This document shows, piece by piece, positions 53,755 to 64,000 of a stretch of 64,000 nt of DNA. Made by a program: the position numbers and the translations under genes. The notes under the pieces were generated by a model. That model was not told the DNA's origin. It worked only from the letters and a program-made list of their open reading frames with translations, and did no database searches. Source of the DNA: Octopus vulgaris (taxonomy: Eukaryota); assembly GCA_951406725.2 (NCBI GenBank), contig OX597828.1, positions 9,548,001 to 9,612,000 on the forward strand, given 5' to 3'. How positions within the stretch are numbered: the first letter of the stretch is position 1; the number at the start of each line of letters is the position of its first letter.

Positions 53755-54108
53755 CGTTATCGTATTTGGTTTGCAAGATTCTTTATGAGTATTTGTGTGT
53801 TGAAGAATAATTTATTGTGCCTGGGGAGCGACTTTTTCATTTTGTGCCTTAATACTTAGCACACTCACCAGTTCGATTTCCACTCATTTACATATTTATT
53901 TTTTCTAAAATTTCCGTTTCATCTTGCAACCTCTTCCAATTTCGTTAACTTTGTCTGTTATTAGAACTCTGATAACGGACAGAGGCAACGGAGAGGCTGG
54001 AAAATGAAACAAAATTTTAGGAAAAATAAATAAGTAAACGAGTGGAAATCGAACCGGAGACTATGTTAGGTAATAATGTACTTACAGTGAGTGACTCTCC
54101 TTAGACAC

Positions 54109-54177
<69 letters not shown>

Positions 54178-54352
54178 ATATATATATACGTATACATATA
54201 TATGTGTGTGTGTGTGTGATTTATATATATCGGTAGATATATATATATAAAATGGAGACTGTGTTTGCTTATTTAAGGTTTTCAGTATTCTTTCATAATT
54301 ATATATATAAATTTCTTCGAACGCTCTTCCCTTGTATGTATGTATGTATGTA

Positions 54353-54404
<52 letters not shown>

Positions 54405-55743
54405 GAAGGCGAGAGTTATAGACATGACTGTGTTTGTGTTTATTTATGTATGTTTACAAACATATAAAGCGGGAGAAAAAGAAAAAGTGAATAATAATTA
54501 AAGGAAAGATGCGGCTATCATACTGGACGGCCTAATTGTCATTTACTGTTTAGCAAGAAGGCAGAAAATTTTCTTCAAATATATTTATTTTGTACCGTGA
54601 GAACTAATTCAAGCTGTTTATTAAATATAATCAACAAATATTTACCTCCTGTTTCATCTGAAAATATAGTGAAACATTCTTTCGACATTCAGGCACGATA
54701 CATTGTATCTGACACAAAGCTCTACTATCGCTTTGTATATTGTCTTTCATGGGATGTTTCAAAATATTACTTCAAGATATCCCTAAATATAAAACAGGAA
54801 GTAGTGAAATCTCGAATTCAGTTCACCACTCTCTATATGTGGTAGTTTTATGAAATTCTATCACTTTTTTATAATTTGTATAGAAATATAAGACAATATT
54901 GTGGCGGTATATAAGTTTATATAAAAGAAAATGATAAACGAATATAGGAAAAAAATTATAAAAAAGTAAGTAAAGAAAGAAAAATAATGATGGTGTTGAG
55001 TGGGGGACATTTGTTTTTACTTAATATCCACATTGGAGATGTTAGATAAACTTGAGTGACAGTTGAAAGTTTCCATCTTCTTATCTGCTTTAATTAACTC
55101 TTACATAAATATAAGACAAGTCTTGCGAATAGCAAAAACTAAAAACACCAGGGAAACAAATAATAATAAAGAAAGAAAAAGATTAGCAAATAATACGGAA
55201 ATTACTCTCTACTGAAAAGCTAATAGCTATCAACAACAACAACAACAACGTGAGAAGCGACAACGACAAAGAGGAAAATCATTAATGATCAAGGTAAAAA
55301 GAAGGAGAAAGACGATTGTCGTAGTGACACTTTTATTCAATACAAAAATCTCCCCAACTTTCATTTTTAACAATGAGAAAACTTAAGAACGGTAGATTTA
55401 TTTAATTGATTTGGAATTATCCCAAAATAGAATATGCTGGAAAAAGTGAGGATTATCATTGGTCTTATGTAAACACTCCAACTGTCCCTTTCTCTATCCT
55501 TTGGCACCACTCCAGAATTATTTCTTCCTATTAACACCTCAAATTTCAAGAAAAAGAAAATGAGCCGTTTTACTTAAAGGAATACAATGACAGTCGGCAA
55601 AAATGTAACGAAAGAAAAAATTTTATAAAAAAAACTGAAATAAAACAGGAATCAAATGCTATAAAAACATACCAAAACAAATTACTAAAAGCGATAAAAT
55701 ACGACAACCACAATAACAATAAAACAACAACAACAACAACAAC

Positions 55744-55784
<41 letters not shown>

Positions 55785-56236
55785 TAATAATAATAATAAT
55801 AAAAGTAATAATATTTTAAATATCTTAAATCTATCGATTATCAAAATCAATTATAGAGTTTATAATAACGTAGCTTTTAATAGATTTAACCCTACAGCTA
55901 TGAAGGTTATATTTGGTCAAATGTATTTAATGATTAAATATTAACAGATTAGATTTAATGCGTCTTTAACATGCAGCTTAAAGGAGTAGAAACCGCAATG
56001 GTCAGTACCATTTGAAAATGTTATCCTTTCAAAAAATAAAGAAAAGTTAAGCACCATTTACTTACATATTAGTATAAGGAACATAAGACTGCTAAATAGA
56101 AAAAAATTAATCCATCATCGACATTATATTGGTTTCAAATTTTGACACAAGGCCAGACAATTCGTGTTTAAATATGTGTATGTAACTTAAGGATAAATGC
56201 GTGTTGCTTCCGCTAAATTTCCAACCTGCGTCTTAC

Positions 56237-56431
56237 CTTTACTGTTGTCTGGAACCCTGCGATGAAAGTTTCAACTTCTTATATGTGTTCAACCGCAAAA
56301 TCTTCTGGAAATTCTTTATTACAGATAATTGGTTGCTGATAACTGCCCAAAGGTGTCCCTTGAAAATCTGTTTTGGTTGAGAATTTAAATCCACTTGAAA
56401 CTTCTATTGTGGGTTTTAAATCAACCAAATT
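56237..56431 (-). pseudogene. Exon-like 195-nt segment with one in-frame TAA
   Basis: Acceptor atacag| and perfect donor AAG|gtaaga; phase 0-0; NLVDLKPTIEV...EFPEDFAVEHI*EVETFIAGFQTTVK. Confidence 0.3.
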
Positions 56432-57237
56432 CTGTATGTCGATACATATATATGGGTGTCTGCATATATTTATGCTTGTATATGAATAAAGCAATATATA
56501 TGTGTGTTCATAAAATTCGGAGCGACTGAAAAACCCAGAAGAAGACATTGGTTTTTATTCTGTTAGAATGAAACCAAGACTTTGAATTAGAGTTAAGTAG
56601 CACTTTTATCAATCCGGATAAATCATCATAAGCTTCGAACCGTCAAATATATACATATTCATAAAAAAATTGAAAGACAACCCAAGAGCAGAATCATAGA
56701 TTTGCAATTAAAGTCAAGGCTTAAAATCGAGTAAATTATTTCAATAGCAAATCCTGATTAAAATTTAAATGCATCCATCACTCCTTAGAAATGCTAGTTA
56801 TTATATCCTGCATCACACGTTGACGTGGCCTGCTACAGGTAACATGTACACCCGTACTTAATCTTGCATGGTCGGGTGGTCAACGATTAAACCGGTTTGA
56901 GTAGTTTGTTACTCTTGTGTATAGAATGTCTGTGCACCCTACAGGATTAAAACAAGACGAAGGGCTGGTGAGCTCCCTATGAGCGAACGGCCATCTCATT
57001 GGAAAAGGCAATGGCAAACGGCCCTTCATATCTCTTCCAACTAAACACTATAGGAAAGTCAAGACGAAGTAACGCTATGTCTTCCGATGGGACACCTCGC
57101 ATTTAACCGGGAAGACTTTCTTTGTGTTCGATTCTAATCCATATGAATTCCTTAAATTATATTAAAACGTTACTTTTAATGTATTTTTGAATTACGTATA
57201 CGTTGTCCTCTTTAATATTTGTTCTATGTTTAATATC

Positions 57238-58080
57238 CCACCCCCTTAGTTTCGTGTTAAGGAGGGAAAAGGCAGAGTAACATTTCAGAAATAATAAGAG
57301 GAGAATTAACCATTTGCTCTACATGGATGATCTGAAGTTTTTAGTAAGAATGAAAGGAAGAGACATTCGTTAATATAGACTGTAAAACTCTTCAGTAAAG
57401 ATACAGGCTTGGAATTTGGCATAGATAATTGTGAAATATTAGTCATAGGAAGGAGATAGGTAGTCAATAGTGAAGGCATCTAATTACCAGATGGCCAGAC
57501 ATTAGATTCATTAAATGGAGGAGAGAGATATAAGTAACTAGGAGTATCAGTATTTGACAGAGTACTAACTACAGAAATGAAAATGAAAATTGAGGATCAG
57601 TACAATGTGCAATTTGGAACAAATTTTTTGATCCCTCTATGCGAATGCGTGTCATAAATCTTCAGAATGGGGTAAGGCAGCTAATGAAGTCAAAGATAAA
57701 TGGCCCGAATCTGATGAAGGCTGTATCATTACATGGATACTCAGCAGATTTTGTAGATTTAACAAAAACTGAAGTAGGAAAGCTAGACAGAAGAACTAGG
57801 AGAGGATTTCAATATGAATGAAGGATTCCTCCCAAGGGCAGGAGCAGCAAGATTATACTTAACCTGAAAGAAAGGCGGAAGAGGGGTGATATCACAAGAA
57901 GACTGCGTGAAGTTAGCTAGAGTAGATATAGACTCATACGTAGGTAATGCTGAAGAAAGTTTATTAGGATCTGCTAGAGTCACAGTAAGACATGGGGAAG
58001 CCTAAATCCCGAACGAAGTTAAAAACCAGAAAAAAGAATAGAAATTATCTGACTGGCAGGAGAAATTGCTGCAAAATGCC
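57238..58080 (+). mobile_element. R4/Dong-clade non-LTR retrotransposon RT fragment
   Basis: RINHLLYMDDLK; FSKDTGLEFGIDNC; SEGI*LPDG; RYK*LGV; KSKINGPNLMKAV; LDRRTRR; RLYL..KGGRG. Confidence 0.85.
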
Positions 58081-58294
58081 AGGCAACAAAATGGGTTTAT
58101 AGGTCTAGAATGATAAACTCTCGAAACATGAATATATGTTCCCAAGTACATGTCAATATTGTCAGACAATGAAATAAGCTATATAAGTTTCTACATGTAT
58201 TAAGTTTCAAATTCCTTATAATTGTCGGTGTTTCCAAGTTTAAAAAGTATCCACCGAATGACTGCATAAATTATACATAAAATGTATTTTGCAG

Positions 58295-58332
58295 GTATAA
58301 CTACAAGAATGAAAACACTGATAGAAAATTTG
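58295..58332 (+). CDS. Candidate 38-nt exon, unknown gene
   Basis: Acceptor aatgtattttgcag| and donor |gtactt; two frames open. Confidence 0.2.
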
Positions 58333-58789
58333 GTACTTATGTTCTCCGTTTTTCCAATGCCATGTATCTGCACAGAACAAATTATGAATATACATTCCTC
58401 ACGTTAACGATACAAAGTTCTAAATTTTAAAAAAAAGTATCAGTGGATATATCGTTATGAAACTCGTAATGGATTAGTTATAAGACACTCTATTAAATAA
58501 TAAGCTATGTCCTGACTATGTAAGGGAGAGTATTAACTTGTATGAATGTGAATGAGAACAATTTTTTTGTAACATTATAACCTGTTGTAAAAGCATAAAG
58601 CAATAAAACAGCATTATGCAATATTAACACAATAAATCGACCATTTTGTCAACTCAAATATTTCTATTAAATAACAATACAGAAAACTATAAAACACGCT
58701 GAAATCAGGGATGTCCATTTTTTAAAACAAAACATTTAACAATTGCATTCGTTCATGGGTGTTTTCACAATGTATTAAAACTATTCATC

Positions 58790-58792
58790 GTT

Positions 58793-58855
<63 letters not shown>

Positions 58856-59200
58856 ATTATTGTTACTTTCATTATTATGATTATTGTCGCTGCCGTTGTT
58901 GTTGTTGATGATCTTAGTATGAGTTTCCATTTTTTAGTGTTTCTTTTTTTTATTTCGTTCTTTTGGTGTTGTTATAATTGTTGTTTTTCTTGCCGCTGTT
59001 GTTGTGTATCTTTTCTTATATTGTTTTCGCATTTTTACTTTTGTTGTGATAGTAACAGAAACAGCAGCAGTTGCGGGAGCAATAGTAGAAGTAAAAGTAA
59101 CAGAAGAAGTAGCAGATAACCACCATGGCAGGCGCAGCAGCAGCAGTGGCAGCGACAGCAACAGTGGCAGCAGTAGGAGTAGTAGTAACATTAAGAACAA
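58790..59200. repeat. Low-complexity trinucleotide region ((TAT)n, GTT, CAG/TAG)
   Basis: Directly visible. Confidence 0.9.
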
Positions 59201-60136
59201 GTGCCTTAATCACTATTTAATTCTCTGAACTAATCAGATTGTGTGCCAAAATAATATAGGAGACTGGGTTAATCATGTGCAAGGTAGACAAGGGTGACTT
59301 TACATGTAATAGTTATTCTTGGCATTAATCGACAAACTTGCTGGAAGTATCCCAATGGATTTCTAATTATAATGAGAGGCATTAACAAATAAGTATACAA
59401 ATACATAAAATAATAATGCAATGAGAGATATAACGAAATATTGTCTTGTTTGTAAAAGCATTTAAGTATCTAATTAGCTATGGGTTCATGATATTCATTA
59501 GAATAACAAATTAATAATGGAATGCATTTCATTCAAATGATCCTGAAAATACGTGCTTAAGTACTAAGGCGGTCATGCTTTTCTGTAGAGACGATAAAAC
59601 TGGTATGTTTCAAACATATCTATATATAACTTTCATGATCTAGATAAAGAATATTTGAAATACCTAATATACATAGCTCTAGTTAAATGCAAGGATTATT
59701 TGCCGGAAACATTAGCCAAGGGTTTCTTCTGGGTTTATGAGGTATCTAACTTAGATTATTTGAAGGAGTATCTGGTTGTCTTTTATTTTTCATGTTAACT
59801 CAGTAAGGTTAAAGTTATAGGCGACAGATTCGACGGTGTTTTATGGCGTCAGGTCGATTCCCTACAGTATTTTTTCTGGTAAGCTACCTGCATTTGAAGT
59901 CTGATTACTCCAGGGATAATTTTAATTCCATCTTTTGCAGTTGAGAAATAAAGTACCGGTTCTGTCCGAGAAAAGATTCAATTTGTTTTCTATTGTTCAG
60001 GCTCTCTCTCTATCTATCTATCTTTCTATATCTTCCCTCTTTTATTTTGTTTCTTTGCCTGACTATTTCTCCTGGTCTTCTTAACAGGACTTTTAAATTA
60101 TGTGAACGTAAACAAAATACACAGATTTTCAAGCAG

Positions 60137-60138
<2 letters not shown>

Positions 60139-60202
<64 letters not shown>

Positions 60203-60250
60203 GATATACAGATAAATGGATAGATTGATTGATAGATAGATGGATGGATG

Positions 60251-60340
<90 letters not shown>

Positions 60341-60345
60341 CAGAT
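60139..60345. repeat. (TA)n-(GATA)n microsatellite; a similar array lies at 62040-62230
   Basis: Directly visible. Confidence 0.97.
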
Positions 60346-61412
60346 AATCATGGACTCTACTGTCATACATGACAAATGTAAGTTCTGCAATAATTTGCTG
60401 AACAACTTGACTTAGACGATTCGTTTATAGTGATCGAATGTCTGGCATTTTCCTTAGCTTACCTCCTTCAAATCAGTTTTGCATGTACAAGTGCACAATG
60501 TGCAGCACTCAGATATCGGGGTGGTTGCAAAGTAACGTGAGATGAAACGATTTATTCAAAAAAGCAACGCTTCTGCCCGGTTCGGAATGGAACTTACATC
60601 ACAAGATCGAGACCGCAATATCCAAGACATATGTACATAAGCATATACATGTATATATACTAGGCATAAAGCACAATCTTACCACTTTTGCATCTGTTGA
60701 GTATCTATTAAGCCTTATTTCACAGAACGATATTGGAATGATTTTTGAAATTAATGTTGCATTTAGCTGCATCATACTTAGCTCAACAAGAAGCAGGATT
60801 TTTGCATTTTACTTGAATGTGACCAGTTCACTTGGTAAACAGGTGCTATACACATTTCTTCTATGATCAAACCTTTTATAACGACTGGTTATTTTTTTTT
60901 ATTTCTTCAATGTATTGAAAACAAATAATGATATAAACGATTATGGCAAAATAAAAAGAAAACTAAATACAAAGTTATCGACAGAAAGGTTGCAGAACAA
61001 ATGCTTAAAACATTTTTTTAAATACTTCACGAAATATATTACAATTACCTTTAAAAAACAAGTGAAAAATATAGGAGCTTTATATGTAACCATAACAAAC
61101 ATCACAAATAAAAAGGTATTACTAAAGAATAATGGAGAAACATACTTCTATTCTAAGTGGCTCCCCTCCTTTGATGATAGCAGGTGGTAGAAATCTCTTA
61201 GATAACAAACGACTTTTAGTAACGCCATGATGTGCTTTTTCCTTCTTCCATCATTGAAGTGAGACATTCGTAGAAATAAGTTAAAAATAAAATTACGAAT
61301 AAAGAAATAAATACATACATTTATATATATATATATACATATATATATACATATACATATATATATATATGTATATATATATATATGCATATATATACAT
61401 ATACATACATAC

Positions 61413-61443
<31 letters not shown>

Positions 61444-62069
61444 CATACATACATACATTCATACATACAACATACATGTGTGTGTTGGTGTGTGTGTGTG
61501 AGTAGAGATTTTTTACTGAAAACAGTTTCGTCGCATTAGTGATATCAAACCGCTATTTCTATCAACTTCCTAAACACTTCTTATTGTACGCAAAGAAACT
61601 GCATACAGCAAGGAAGTGGATAATGTGCTTTTCGGTATTAAGCCAGGTGTGAAGTATTGCGTTCAATTACAACTTTATGGCTTCAGTATATTTAAAGTTA
61701 AGAAGAACTACTAATATATAATTCATAAGTCTTTAAAAAAACTCCATAATCTTGGAAAAACATATACACACAGGGAATATATACATACATACCTATATAC
61801 ATACATAATTACATATGTATGTGTGTGCGTGTATGTGGGTGCGTGTCTGTATGTATGTGTACATATATTTACAAATGGATACATATATGTACACATATAC
61901 ATATATGGATTTATAGTTAGACAGATATTTCGATCTATACATGGATATGAACATAGATTACTACATGGTGTGACTGATAAAGGATGTGCAAATTATAGTT
62001 ATATGCTTAAAATGTCTGTGATGTGAATTCTATATGCTATGCATATATATATACATACATACATACATG

Positions 62070-62119
<50 letters not shown>

Positions 62120-62154
62120 TATATATGCATACATACATAGATATAGATATAGAT

Positions 62155-62201
<47 letters not shown>

Positions 62202-62520
62202 TAGATAGATAGATAGATAGATAGATAGATCTGAGAACATTAACGTAAGTTTGCATTTTGTATGTGTGCCACTATGTGTCTATTTATTTATATTTGTAAG
62301 TCAACAGGATACTGAAAGTTATTGCGGATCTCTTGGGCTTTAATATGTTTTCTTGCATATTTCGCTATAGGAAAAGTCATTAATGGGATAAATACAGAAA
62401 TAGACTTTGAAAGTCTCGGAGTCAAAAATAGCATTCACGCGCTTCTACATTTCGTAAAGTAATTATCTATACATGTACATCCCCCCACGCACATACATCC
62501 ACACAAATACACCAACATAC

Positions 62521-62661
62521 ATGCATATAATGAGGCGATAGGGTTGAATCATCCCGGTGGTTACCGTCATAATCCGGGTGAATGCTGATCGTATCAACTT
62601 GTAAGGAGCACCCAGAATAAATTCCACGAATAGGTAAATCCTGGAATTGACTCGTATCATT
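62521..62661 (-). CDS. Candidate 141-nt exon (NDTSQFQDLPIRGIYSGCSLQVDTISIHPDYDGNHRDDSTLSPHYMH), unknown gene
   Basis: Acceptor aaatattcag| and donor |gtatgt; symmetric length; GC content above the flanks. Confidence 0.4.
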
Positions 62662-62809
62662 CTGAATATTTTAGAGATGGAATCTCCAAGACTATTACGG
62701 TGATTTGTGTATGTATATATCTGTGCTTTCTACAGTCAATTATACGCAATATTTGGTTCAGATTTGAACCACATCTGTTGCAGGATATTCAAGCAAGTTT
62801 CATAGGCTG

Positions 62810-62875
<66 letters not shown>

Positions 62876-62953
62876 CTCTAATTTAATATAATATATATTT
62901 AGGTTTAATCCTAAATCTAATTTTTCCCTGTAAGTTTGGATTTACTCCCTAAT

Positions 62954-63019
<66 letters not shown>

Positions 63020-63072
63020 TATGCATGTATGCATATATGTATATTTGTATCTATATATATATATTTCAATAG

Positions 63073-63213
63073 GTAACCGCGTGTATATCGTTGGCGATAT
63101 TCTTTCTCCGTCTTCCCTTCCTTGGACATTTCCTTTTTCTATGTTTCTGACGAAGAGCTCCGCTCGAGACGTTAAATCATCCTCCTTTCTTTCCTTTCCT
63201 GAGCGTCCTATAG

Positions 63214-63215
<2 letters not shown>
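63073..63215 (+). mobile_element. PLE terminal-repeat (pLTR) fragment between (TA)n tracts
   Basis: Homologous to 21627-21718 and contains a minimal hammerhead. Confidence 0.7.
63141..63180 (+). ncRNA. Minimal type I hammerhead ribozyme with a core mutation
   Basis: ATGTTT-CTGACGA-A-GAGC(TCC)GCTC-GAGA-CGT-T-AAATCAT; palindromic ACGT stem III; GAAA changed to GAGA. Confidence 0.75.
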
Positions 63216-63279
<64 letters not shown>

Positions 63280-64000
63280 CTTTATTTCATTATGCAATCC
63301 TGATATACTAACATGCTTACTAAAGGGTTATAAATAACTGAAACATTTATCGTACCTGTAGAAGCAGTGTGATTCAATAACTTCTTTATGTCAAATCTAG
63401 AAATATTCTATAGACAATTAGAGCCAGCCTTCAAATTTACGACGTTCTATACACGAATACGTCTATGTAAACGGTGCGATTTTAGAAAAATAGGAAATGC
63501 GTGTATATGTATATTTATTTGAGTTTGCTCCTAGTTCTTTCTTATAGCGGTATATAATCAATCTTAAACACTTACATATAAGGTATAACGCATCCATGGA
63601 CTCACAAAAGGTTTTACAGAAGTAGCAATGTGATATTCTTTTCAACTTATTCTTTATTTTCTATGCACGGACTTTTCTTTTTACCTCGATGTATTCAATG
63701 CGGCGTAACTCCGAAAAGCTCTATCTATGACGATTTCATTTCAATCGAAGGAGCGGGGCTTTCTCCGTCCGGGTTGCGGATCCGTGGAATAAGCTGCCTG
63801 ACGAGATATTGAATATGCCTACAATCGCTCGTTTCAAAGTCTCTCTTGACCAGAAATGGCCTGAACTCGTTGTATGGCCACCCTCCCTGTACATAACTTC
63901 CTATAGCCCTACATGACCTTGCTTTTACTTTTTGAGCCAATAAAAACTGAATTGAATTGAATTGAATACGTGACTTCATCTTTTACAGTGAGTTGTAATA

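Noticed and set aside
56810-57110. GC-richer block with GAAAAGGCAATGGCAAAC, reminiscent of RTE/BovB 5' regions
   Set aside because: A single short motif; no ORF or ribozyme fold could be established by eye.
59821-59878. Possible plus exon GDRFDGVLWRQVDSLQYFF with a gtaagc donor
   Set aside because: Weak acceptor, all frames open, and the sequence resembles a decayed SINE A tail.
60460-62661. Trypsin-like motifs LSAAHC (~60500) and IHPDYD..DD (~62560) on the minus strand
   Set aside because: The order is reversed relative to His57/Asp102, the AAHC frame has an upstream stop, and no GDSGG motif was found.

Overview
This is repeat-saturated, AT-rich eukaryotic DNA. The SINE families and dense (TA)n/(GATA)n/(AAT)n microsatellites resemble Octopus (coleoid cephalopod) sequence as I recall it; the organism is an inference. 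I could not identify any complete host gene, only scattered low-confidence exon candidates on both strands. Most listed ORFs are microsatellite or transposon artefacts. Supported content: three decayed Tx1/L1-clade ORF2 copies (1-6.2 kb), Penelope-like (PLE) fragments, CR1-like and R4/Dong-like fragments, a full-length but dead Tc1, a MITE and three tRNA-headed SINE families. Two observations stand out. First, a near-canonical type I hammerhead ribozyme (20601-20676) lies in a 546-bp-period unit bounded by 114-bp direct repeats, consistent with a retrozyme or solo PLE pLTR; four other hammerhead relics occur elsewhere. Second, a 2.2-kb ORF1-only, HAL1-like element with 5'UTR, RRM+CCHC ORF1, 3'UTR and AATAAA but no ORF2 sits inside the tRNA head of a SINE with a target-site duplication. 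All alignments and folds were done by eye.
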